Shown here one piece after another: positions 8,748-16,811 of a stretch of DNA of 62,553 nt; positions within the stretch are counted from its first letter, which is position 1, and each line of letters begins with the position of its first letter. Made by a program: the position numbers and the translations under genes. The notes beneath the pieces were generated by a model. It saw only the letters and a list, made by a program, of their open reading frames with translations. It was not told the DNA's origin and made no database searches. This DNA is from Candidatus Micrarchaeota archaeon (GTDB taxonomy: Archaea; Micrarchaeota; Micrarchaeia; Micrarchaeales; CABMGC01): the NCBI GenBank assembly GCA_028867335.1, contig JAGWGN010000003.1:1-62553 (forward strand), in the 5' to 3' direction.

Positions 8748-10261
8748 TTACCCACGTTGTAACGGTATAGACCCTCTATGAGTTCCAATGTGGACTTAGA
8801 GGCAAGACAGATGTCCTTTAGGAATTCTGCGCGCTTTTTGAGTTCCTTTATGGCGAGGGGCTTTGTAATCCCATTGTTTGCAGAGTAAGCTGCTACAACC
8901 TTAGATTCTTTGAGAAGATTTGGATTGATTGCGGAATTTAGCGCAATTGAATCCATTTTAACCATATCGTCCCCGACCAGCATCCCTCCTTCGAGTATCT
9001 CTGCTCTGCTCAGCCATTTGTATTCGGTGATTTCGCCAATAGCTCTGCGGTCGACCCCTTTGTTGCGCATCTGTATTGAGATGTCAAGGGAGCTGATTGC
9101 CTGCGGATCGACACCCATAGGACGAACAAGCAATCTCTTTATCAGGGACATTTCGGAGTCGTTGCTGTGCATTGTTGTGAAAAAGGGAATCCCTAGATTG
9201 GCTCCGGCGAAAAGCTCCTTTGCCTCATCGCCACGCATCTCGCCAACGATGAGAAGATCCGGCCTCATCCTCAACGCATTGATTACCTGCTCCTTTGTGG
9301 AGATGTAGTTCTTCTGCCTTGACCCATAAAGGGAAACGATACTGGAAACATTTGAATAGAATTTGAGTTCATTTACGTCTTCCTCTATCGTTATCGCCCT
9401 TAGATATCTGGGCACAAAGGATAACAGTGAGATGAGCAGCGTCGTTTTCCCACTTGCAGGAGCTCCTGAGATGATTATGTTTGCTCTGCTTTCAATTGCC
9501 ATCCAGAGATATGCAAGCTCATCAAAATTTGCCGTCTCGTTGCCAAGAAGATGGCTTATGTTCGCCTCCTTTCTGCCATTTAGCCTTATCGTGGCACATG
9601 CACCACTTATCGCATAGGGCTTAATCTGAGCGTGGAGTCGGGAGTCTCCGATCTGGGCATCGATTATTGGTGTTGATTCATTTAGTTCCTTGTCGGAATC
9701 ATAGATGAAGCGGTTTATAGTACGCCTAAAGTGCTCCTCACTATTGAATCGCAGGTTGGTAGTGCATCGCCCATATCTTGTATGGTATATTGATATGAGA
9801 CCGGTTGGAGAGTCTATCTCAATCTCCTCTATATTGCTTCTGTCCTCAACCAGAAGGCTTATCGGACCGTATCCGACAGTATCGTAAGCCACAAGCAGGG
9901 CAAGCTTAGCAGCGCGATCCAAAGGAATGTACCTAGACAATTCGTTAATTGCGGTGTTTTTTGCCGCCCCGAAATCCTCAATGCCTTTCAATTCCCTCTT
10001 GCTTAACTCCTGTATCACAGAAAATTTTGCCATTTCGAGCAGCTCTAGCTCCGTTTTCCTGATTTCGCCAAAATCGGCGCAGAAAAGATACCTTGTTAAG
10101 CCACCGATTTTCACCAAATCCCTTCTGATTTGCAGATTTGCCTCTTCCAGCTTTGAAGAATATGGAGTAAATTCGACTGTAAAACTCAATTTTTCTCTTT
10201 GCATTTGGATCTGCGGCTTTTGCCGCGGCTTCCAGAATTGAATATTTACCATAAATATCAA
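8744..10261 (-). CDS. Type IV pilus/secretion assembly ATPase (CpaF/VirB11/ArlI family)
   Basis: GYGPI, Walker A GAPASGKTT, TIEE, ALRMRPDLLIVGEMRG, TTMH. Confidence 0.92.
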   Translation of the reverse strand: MIFMVNIQFWKPRQKPQIQMQREKLSFTVEFTPYSSKLEEANLQIRRDLVKIGGLTRYLFCADFGEIRKTELELLEMAKFSVIQELSKRELKGIEDFGAAKNTAINELSRYIPLDRAAKLALLVAYDTVGYGPISLLVEDRSNIEEIEIDSPTGLISIYHTRYGRCTTNLRFNSEEHFRRTINRFIYDSDKELNESTPIIDAQIGDSRLHAQIKPYAISGACATIRLNGRKEANISHLLGNETANFDELAYLWMAIESRANIIISGAPASGKTTLLISLLSFVPRYLRAITIEEDVNELKFYSNVSSIVSLYGSRQKNYISTKEQVINALRMRPDLLIVGEMRGDEAKELFAGANLGIPFFTTMHSNDSEMSLIKRLLVRPMGVDPQAISSLDISIQMRNKGVDRRAIGEITEYKWLSRAEILEGGMLVGDDMVKMDSIALNSAINPNLLKESKVVAAYSANNGITKPLAIKELKKRAEFLKDICLASKSTLELIEGLYRYNVGK

Positions 10262-10271
10262 TTGATTTACT

Positions 10272-10312
10272 TTAGTATAAGATATATACTAAGATATACA
10301 GAATAAGATATA
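10272..10312. promoter_or_regulatory. Palindrome plus direct repeats upstream of pilus operon
   Basis: TTAGTATA-N5-TATACTAA (10272-10292); TAAGATATA at 10278, 10290 and 10304. Confidence 0.45.
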
Positions 10313-10405
10313 TATACCTTCCTAAAAGACGCTCAAAAAAAGATTTTTTGTTGCCCTTCATAAACAAAATATACGTTTATAAAACTTGATGGGTTATGTA
10401 TACAT

Positions 10406-10732
10406 ATGCCAGGAAAGGAGAGAGAAAAGGACGAAATCTGGAAGATAAGAAAGCTTCTCAGCAGGCCAAATTACGCCGTCCTAAAGCTGCTCATGGAGAA
10501 ATCCCCGCGAACGACAAGGGAGCTCTACCAAAAACTTGGCGGCAGCTTCACGCGGAAGACGCTCATCATCACGCTAAGGGACCTGTCAATGCAGCTAAAC
10601 GTGCTGCAGCCAACCCACATCAGAACGGACAGGGGCTACGGGCTTGGATACATACTCAACCCGAAGCTGAAGGAGATAATAAAGTCCGTGGAGAAGTTCG
10701 AGAAGATAGTCGAGAATCTGGGCGAGAACTAA
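10406..10732 (+). CDS. Winged-helix transcriptional regulator (HxlR/ArsR-like)
   Basis: 108 aa, basic; pattern VLKLLMEKSPRTTRELYQKL...RKTLIITLRDL...GY.L. Confidence 0.65.
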   Translation: MPGKEREKDEIWKIRKLLSRPNYAVLKLLMEKSPRTTRELYQKLGGSFTRKTLIITLRDLSMQLNVLQPTHIRTDRGYGLGYILNPKLKEIIKSVEKFEKIVENLGEN

Positions 10733-10757
10733 TCGCCGCTAGAGCAAGGTTTATTTC

Positions 10758-11474
10758 ATGATAACAAAGAAGCCGTACGTCATATCCGAGATAATAAAGG
10801 AGACGCCCGAGGTTAGCATCTTCAGGTTCGCAGCGCAGGACGGATCCACTCTAGGCTTTGACGCTGGAATGTTTGTTATGCTCTACTACAAGAACCCTGA
10901 GACAGGGGAGGAGATAGGCAGGGCGTTCTCGCTTGCCTCAAAGCCGGACGATAAGTACCTCGAGTTTGCAATCAGCATGATCCACGGAAGGTTCACCTCA
11001 AAGCTAGACACCGCAAAGGTTGGCGACATTTACTATGTTACAGGGCCTCACGGGCAGTTCAAATACGACCCTAACCAGAACAAGAAGGTCCTCTTTGTTG
11101 CGGGAGGCACTGGCGTAGCGCCGTTCCTCTCCATGCTCAGGCTCATTGCGGAAAAGAAGCTCGACACAGACATAAAGCTGCTCTACAGCATGCGATTTAC
11201 AACTGAGACAATCAGAAAGGACGAGCTTGAGGGCTACAAGAAGAGCCTCAAGTTCGAGATGACAAGGAGCGTAACAAGGGAGCAGAACGTGCCTGGATGG
11301 GACGGGGAGTACGGGCACATCGACGCAGCGATGATCTCAAGGCACGTCAGCGACCCTAAGGAGAGAACATGCTATGTCTGCGGACCGCTTAAGTTCACAA
11401 AAGCAATCGAGGCCGCGCTCGTCGAGCTCGGAGTCGACAAGGCAAACATAAAAGCAGATGTCTGGGGAGAGTAA
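10758..11474 (+). CDS. FAD/NAD(P)-binding oxidoreductase (ferredoxin-NADP reductase family)
   Basis: RAFSLAS, GRFTS, GPHG, AGGTGVAPF, YVCGP. Confidence 0.88.
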   Translation: MITKKPYVISEIIKETPEVSIFRFAAQDGSTLGFDAGMFVMLYYKNPETGEEIGRAFSLASKPDDKYLEFAISMIHGRFTSKLDTAKVGDIYYVTGPHGQFKYDPNQNKKVLFVAGGTGVAPFLSMLRLIAEKKLDTDIKLLYSMRFTTETIRKDELEGYKKSLKFEMTRSVTREQNVPGWDGEYGHIDAAMISRHVSDPKERTCYVCGPLKFTKAIEAALVELGVDKANIKADVWGE

Positions 11475-12380
11475 TCAGGACTCCTGTCCTGCAATATAGA
11501 GAACTATCGCCTTCTCGATGAGCAGCTTGTTCTTTGCCTGCTCAAATGCTATGCTCTGTTTTCCATCCAGCACATCTCCCGTTATCTCCTCGCCCCTATG
11601 GGCAGGGAGCGGATGCATTACAACAGCCTTTGAATCTGCCATCTCCAGCACCTTCTTGTTGATTTGGTATGGCATGAAGAGCTTTCTTCTCAGGTCCGCC
11701 TCTGCCTCCTCGCCCATGCTAACGAATGTGTCTGTGTAGAGGACATCCGAACCCTCGACTCCCTCTTCTAGGTCGTCAAAGAGCTTGACTATCCCGTACT
11801 CCTTTGCCTTTGAGACGAACTTCACGTTAGGAACGTTCGCCTTTGGCCCGATGAGCGCAATCTCCATGCCCATCATCGCCCCTGCAATCATAAGGGAGTT
11901 GAAGGTGTTGTTTGCCGTGTCCCCGAAAAGTGCCATCTTTAGTCCCTTGAGCCTTCCCTTCGACTCGCGTATTGTGTATAGATCTCCCAGCGCCTGCGCG
12001 GGATGCTCCTGGTCTGTGAGCGCATTTATCACAGGGACGGTCGAGCTCTTTGCAATCTCAAGGAGCGTCTCGTGCCTATAGAGCCTGCAGATGATAAAGT
12101 CGACGTAGCTGCTGAGCACCTTTGCGGTGTCGCTCCAGGTCTCTCCCCTTGAGAGCTGTGTTGTGACAGGGTCGATGTAGATGTAGTTTCCGCCCAGCTG
12201 GGCCATCGCTACCTCAAATGAGATCCTGGTCCTTGTCGAGGGCTTTTCGAAAAGAAGAACTGCTATTGCTCCGGGCTTTAGTGCAAGCTCGCACTTTCCC
12301 TCCTTGAGCTCGTCTGCAATCTTGAAGATCTCCTCAATCTGCGACTTGGAGAAGTCCTCAACGCTAAGAAAATTCATCAT
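11475..12380 (-). CDS. argF: Ornithine carbamoyltransferase
   Basis: FEKPSTRT, HPAQ, YTDTFVSMG, HPLP. Confidence 0.88.
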   Translation of the reverse strand: MMNFLSVEDFSKSQIEEIFKIADELKEGKCELALKPGAIAVLLFEKPSTRTRISFEVAMAQLGGNYIYIDPVTTQLSRGETWSDTAKVLSSYVDFIICRLYRHETLLEIAKSSTVPVINALTDQEHPAQALGDLYTIRESKGRLKGLKMALFGDTANNTFNSLMIAGAMMGMEIALIGPKANVPNVKFVSKAKEYGIVKLFDDLEEGVEGSDVLYTDTFVSMGEEAEADLRRKLFMPYQINKKVLEMADSKAVVMHPLPAHRGEEITGDVLDGKQSIAFEQAKNKLLIEKAIVLYIAGQES

Positions 12381-12383
12381 GAT

Positions 12384-12758
12384 TTAACCAAACAGGTAGC
12401 CGAATCCACCCTCTGCCTTCTTCTGCTCCTCTGCGATGCTTGCGATGACCTTCTGCTCCGTCTCTGGGTCGGCGCGCACTATCCCCTCTATCTGCGCCTT
12501 TAGCTTCTTGTCCGCCTTCTCCTGGAAGTCATCGTTTGCGTTTATGTATAAGTAGACCTTCTGTGCGTCGAGCCCCAGCGCTGCCCCCTCCTTTATCATG
12601 CAGTCCTGCCTTGCGAAGATCACATTCGCCATCTCGTCGGCGCGCAGCTTCTCGAGGTCCTCCTCCTTGATTGCGTTGTCTAGATAAGGATCGTAGTTGA
12701 TTAGCTTCTTTAGATCAAGCTGCCTTGAGGCGTCTGCGATGTACACTCTTGCGGGCAT
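12384..12758 (-). CDS. Hypothetical protein
   Basis: Coherent ORF co-oriented between rps8e and argF, ending GGFGYLFG. Confidence 0.7.
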   Translation of the reverse strand: MPARVYIADASRQLDLKKLINYDPYLDNAIKEEDLEKLRADEMANVIFARQDCMIKEGAALGLDAQKVYLYINANDDFQEKADKKLKAQIEGIVRADPETEQKVIASIAEEQKKAEGGFGYLFG

Positions 12759-12762
12759 GCTC

Positions 12763-13158
12763 TCACTTGAGTAGCTTTGCGTTCACGCTGCCTTCCCTTC
12801 CTGCGCGGTTGGTGACGACTGCCTTGCCCATCTCGGTCTCGATTATCGATCCCTTTGTAAGAATTGTGAGCCTTGCGAAGTTTCTGTTGTCAGGGGACTC
12901 GATTACCGAGTTGATCTTGACCTTTTTGTAGCCGTCCTTTGTGAGAAGGTTTGCGAATCCGACATACTGGAGCTTTGACTTGACCGTCCCTCCCATCGTC
13001 CTGACCTTCTTGACTGCATTCTTCTCGCCAAGCTTTGTGGCTATGAAGTATCCTCCGACCTCGTATCTCTTCTTGTCACGGCCTCTGACCTTGCCCTTTC
13101 CGCTCCCTGAGAGCTTGCGGTGGGGCTTTGTGTGCAACTGTACTCCAAACTGACTCAT
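12763..13158 (-). CDS. rps8e: 30S ribosomal protein S8e
   Basis: RTMGG, ILTKGSIIETEMGKAVVTNRAGREGSVNAKL. Confidence 0.93.
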   Translation of the reverse strand: MSQFGVQLHTKPHRKLSGSGKGKVRGRDKKRYEVGGYFIATKLGEKNAVKKVRTMGGTVKSKLQYVGFANLLTKDGYKKVKINSVIESPDNRNFARLTILTKGSIIETEMGKAVVTNRAGREGSVNAKLLK

Positions 13159-13244
13159 CTAATCACTCAAAAATAGGCTTAAAAGAATAAGCCACATATT
13201 CTTATGTAAGGCAAGGAATTTAACCATTTGCCTAAGGGCTCTTT

Positions 13245-13685
13245 ATGATGGAAAAACTATCGAAAGTAACCGCAGTGTGCTACCGGTGCAGCTCCGCCCT
13301 TGCCACCGGAGAACTGGTAAAGGAGGCCTTGAATCTTGCAAAGGGGGTTGATTTCGTGCAGATCTTTGACAATCAAAAGGAGATCGAACAGAGGCTGCTC
13401 CCGGCTTACTTCAATGCGCTGATAAGATACGAGGAAGAGGGGATGAGGAGCAGAGAGGTCTCAAAGGAGATGCTTATTTTGGTTGCGGGAAAGATGAACA
13501 TCTCAAAGGCTATTGAAAAATGCGGTGTGAAGGACGCCAGAGATTTTATTTTATTTGCAACTTCTGGTAATTTGGAGAAAATTGCAAAGAAAAACTTGAG
13601 GATTGGAGCGATGAAGAGAATTCCTTTGAAGTTTGACCAGGAAAGTGCAGCAAATGTTGCGATCACGCCAATAATTGAGAGCTGA
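13245..13685 (+). CDS. KEOPS complex Cgi121-like subunit
   Basis: EMLILVAGKMNISKAIEKCGV resembles Cgi121 core; size fits. Confidence 0.65.
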   Translation: MMEKLSKVTAVCYRCSSALATGELVKEALNLAKGVDFVQIFDNQKEIEQRLLPAYFNALIRYEEEGMRSREVSKEMLILVAGKMNISKAIEKCGVKDARDFILFATSGNLEKIAKKNLRIGAMKRIPLKFDQESAANVAITPIIES

Positions 13686-14330
13686 CTACTCCTTTGCGCT
13701 CTCGTAGTTTGTGTTTAGTATCTCGTATATCCTCTGCGCCTTCTTCTTTCCTATCTTGTCGATCTTGGTGAGATCCTCAACGTCCGCGATTACGATGTTT
13801 CGTATGCTTTTGAAGTGCTTTAGCATGTTCTTTGCGAGCTTCGTGCCGACTCCAGGTATCGAGCTGAGAATCAGCAGCTGCCACTCGTCCTCCGAGTGGG
13901 CCTTCTTTAGCCCGACAAGCCTTGGCTCATGCGCCTTGTGCTCCTGCTCCCTCATTGAGATTGCCGACAATATGTCTGCGGTCTCAAGCGCATCCCCGGA
14001 CCAGAGGATCGGTATCCCGTAATCGACGTAGATCTTCAGCGCCGTGCCGAGTATGACGTTGCTCCCGAGCCGAAATCCGTTGCCCTCTATTATCATCATC
14101 GGCTTCTCGAAGCTCGCCTTGAGCCTCTCAAGCTGCTCGAAGAGCCTGCCATTGATTATCGAGCCCTCGAGGTCGGAGGAGGTCTTGCGCTCCACGCAGA
14201 TCCTGTCGGAGAGTATGTAGTCGCCGACCGGAAGCTGGGCGAATGTCAAGTCCGCGCCGCTTCGCTCAAGGCCGTTTATTATCTCCAGGTTGCGCTCCCT
14301 GTTGTCGACTATTATCTGGGGAGGTTGCAT
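13686..14330 (-). CDS. xpf: Short XPF/ERCC4 structure-specific endonuclease
   Basis: VDNRE, GDY, ERKxxxD, GRLFEQ plus tandem HhH (IPGVG, IGKKKA). Confidence 0.9.
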   Translation of the reverse strand: MQPPQIIVDNRERNLEIINGLERSGADLTFAQLPVGDYILSDRICVERKTSSDLEGSIINGRLFEQLERLKASFEKPMMIIEGNGFRLGSNVILGTALKIYVDYGIPILWSGDALETADILSAISMREQEHKAHEPRLVGLKKAHSEDEWQLLILSSIPGVGTKLAKNMLKHFKSIRNIVIADVEDLTKIDKIGKKKAQRIYEILNTNYESAKE

Positions 14331-14374
14331 ACTGCTATTTATTATGTTAAAGATAAATGCTTATCACTGGTTTC

Positions 14375-15154
14375 ATGGCAACGCGAGTCGGAAAGAAGAA
14401 GAGGCCGAGCCGAGAGAAGCATATGCTCAAGGAGCAGCTGGTCATCGAGGAGGGGGTCTTTGACCGAAGGAGCATAATGAGGATAGAGAAGCTCTTCACC
14501 CACAAGATAATCAGCAGGCTGCTCTTTCTGATCGCAAAGGGCAAGGAGGCGGACGTCTACCTTGCGGATGCGGGGGAGGAGGTCCACGGCGACCACGTTG
14601 CGGTCAAAATATTCCGGATCGAGACCTCGAGCTTCTACTCGAGGGTCGACTACATGATAGGGGACCCGAGGTTCCCGAAGATCAAGAGGAGCACCTTTTG
14701 GATAGTCAATGAGTGGTGCAAGAAGGAGTACGGAAACCTAAAGATTGCATCTCACGCCAAAGTGCATGCTCCTGAGCCTTACTACTTCAATGGAAACGTG
14801 CTTGCTCTCGAGTTCATTGGCAACGGGGAGAACGTCGCGCCGCAGCTAAAGAACATCGTGCTTGATGAGCCTGAAAAGGTTCTCAAAACAATATTGTCCG
14901 ATGTCAAGAAACTCTACCAGCACGAGCTGGTGCACGCGGACTTGAGCGAATATAACATACTGATGCACGATGGCACGCCTTACATTATAGACTTCGGACA
15001 GGCAGTTATCGACAAGCACCCAAACGCAATGATGTTTTTGAAAAGGGACATCTACAACATCACAAACTACTTCAGGAGAAAGTACCAAATCAGGACCGAT
15101 GTAGAGGAAGTATACCAGTATGTGATAGGAAAAAATTCTACATATAGTTTATAA
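14375..15154 (+). CDS. rio1: RIO1 atypical serine kinase
   Basis: GKEADVY, AVKIFR, LVHADLSEYNIL, IIDFGQAV. Confidence 0.93.
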   Translation: MATRVGKKKRPSREKHMLKEQLVIEEGVFDRRSIMRIEKLFTHKIISRLLFLIAKGKEADVYLADAGEEVHGDHVAVKIFRIETSSFYSRVDYMIGDPRFPKIKRSTFWIVNEWCKKEYGNLKIASHAKVHAPEPYYFNGNVLALEFIGNGENVAPQLKNIVLDEPEKVLKTILSDVKKLYQHELVHADLSEYNILMHDGTPYIIDFGQAVIDKHPNAMMFLKRDIYNITNYFRRKYQIRTDVEEVYQYVIGKNSTYSL

Positions 15155-15176
15155 TAGTTTCAATGCGATATATCCT

Positions 15177-15977
15177 ATGCACATAGAGAAGCTGCAGGTC
15201 GCCCAAAAGGATGATCGGCTGCTTAGGCTCTACAACTGCCCACCTACGCTGGAGAGGTTCTCGTCGCTGCTCACTAATTCTAGAAGGATAGAGCAGATAG
15301 CAAACGCGGTCCCCGATGCAAACAAGGCGAGCATCTGGAGGGACGAGATACTGCTCAAGAATTCCTACAGGCAGCCAAAGAGCATGGCAGAGGCATACTT
15401 CGTGCAGGCGCTTGTGAGGCTGCACTTTGACGTCTGGCTTGAGGCGGTATATTTCACAATGCCTGAGATAAACAGGATGTACCTCGCAGACATCTGGACA
15501 AACGGGGTGATAGACGGATCCAGGAGGGTCGTGTTTGACGTCCACGGGTTCAGGAAGATCAGGCAAAAGAACGCGGAGTATCAGTCCAACAACAATACAG
15601 AATACTCGGCTTACTACAAGCAATATTTCGAGAGGAAGGAGAAGGCGTATGTGGAGAAGATGGGCATAATGCACAGGTCTAACCCCCAGATCTACCTGAT
15701 AGTCGTGGCGGACGATTACAAGGAGGACTTCAAGAAGGTGTATGGGGTCCAGAACCTAAAGGACGTCTGCGATGAGTTTTGGCCCATGCCTGAGATGTTC
15801 GAGAGGAACCGAAGCGAGCTATCGGAATCTTTGGACCTAATTAGGATAAAGAATAGGATAAGGAAGCTCAAGAATAAGCACAACTTCAGGCTGGAGAAAA
15901 ACAGGGAGGTTGTGGAGAATGATATGAAGGAAACGATAAAGCGGGAGCTGAGAAAGAGCGTGGAATGGTTCCGCTAA
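15177..15977 (+). CDS. Hypothetical protein, possible Vsr/DUF559-like nuclease domain
   Basis: SMAEAYFVQAL...YLADIW...VVFDVHG pattern. Confidence 0.45.
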   Translation: MHIEKLQVAQKDDRLLRLYNCPPTLERFSSLLTNSRRIEQIANAVPDANKASIWRDEILLKNSYRQPKSMAEAYFVQALVRLHFDVWLEAVYFTMPEINRMYLADIWTNGVIDGSRRVVFDVHGFRKIRQKNAEYQSNNNTEYSAYYKQYFERKEKAYVEKMGIMHRSNPQIYLIVVADDYKEDFKKVYGVQNLKDVCDEFWPMPEMFERNRSELSESLDLIRIKNRIRKLKNKHNFRLEKNREVVENDMKETIKRELRKSVEWFR

Positions 15978-16270
15978 GGAATCTGTATTCCCCTTGCCTT
16001 GAGCTTCTCCTTGTCCATTATGCTGTATCTCCATGTTATGTCGCCCCTCTCATTTGACTGGACGACCCACGGCTTTACCAAAACTACATCCCCCTCCTTG
16101 ACCCAGAACCTCCTCTTTAGCCTTCCCGGAATTGAGCAGACCCTTATGTTTCCATCGGATCCTGCTACCTCGAACTTCGATGCGCCAAGCGCCCTTCGCA
16201 CTGTGCCTACAACCTCGTCCGGCCTTGGCATAGGCGTGCTCTGCGGTGCGTTCTGCTTTTGGTATTTCAT
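15974..16270 (-). CDS. eif1a: Translation initiation factor aIF-1A
   Basis: CSIPGRLKRRFWVKEGDVVLVKPW...RGDITWRY. Confidence 0.93.
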   Translation of the reverse strand: MKYQKQNAPQSTPMPRPDEVVGTVRRALGASKFEVAGSDGNIRVCSIPGRLKRRFWVKEGDVVLVKPWVVQSNERGDITWRYSIMDKEKLKARGIQIP

Positions 16271-16281
16271 TTATCTCAATC

Positions 16282-16695
16282 CTAGTAATGCTTGATTGTA
16301 TATCTTGCTCCGCAAGCCTCGCAGACGATCGTGAGGAATCCCCTTGCGGATGACTCGACGTGCGTGTCTGGCTTGTGGCACTCCTTGCAGATGACGTAGC
16401 TCTCGAAGTACTTCTTGACCTTCGCGTTGATCACATCGCCGTTGACCTTTGCGCTGATGATCAGCCTCTGCTCCTCGATGCTCACCGGAGCTGCGAGCTC
16501 CTTTGTGATGTACTTTGCGATCTCTGTCTTGTCCCTTCTTGCGACGTCAGAGATCTGCCCGAAGTTCTTGAGTATAGTCTTTGCCCCCTGGATCATGGAG
16601 TCCGCTACAGGGATCTTGAAGTCGACGTTCTCGGCCGACAGGGTAGGCAGCTTGGCGAATGCCCTATCCAGTAGCTTATCGTAATTTGCGTCCAG
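16282..16695 (-). CDS. eif2b: Translation initiation factor aIF-2 beta (probable CTG start)
   Basis: C-terminal CKECHKPDT...CEACGA zinc ribbon; conserved N-terminal YDKLLDRAFAKLP lies upstream of the first ATG (16596). Confidence 0.9.
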   Translation of the reverse strand: MDANYDKLLDRAFAKLPTLSAENVDFKIPVADSMIQGAKTILKNFGQISDVARRDKTEIAKYITKELAAPVSIEEQRLIISAKVNGDVINAKVKKYFESYVICKECHKPDTHVESSARGFLTIVCEACGARYTIKHY

Positions 16696-16811
16696 AGGAA
16701 AAACCTACTCTATAATATCGCTTTTAAGGTTAATAAAGTGTTCTGTAGCCTTCCGCTCGCGAAAACAAATACTAAAAAATACTTATAAACCCTGCAAAGA
16801 GAGTACTTTGC

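Noticed and set aside
4273-10261. Archaellum operon
   Set aside because: No recognisable archaellin, ArlH or ArlJ; organisation fits a pilus locus.
13176-13193. GGCTTA-N6-TAAGCC inverted repeat upstream of rps8e
   Set aside because: Only 6 bp and overlapping a probable promoter; could easily be chance.
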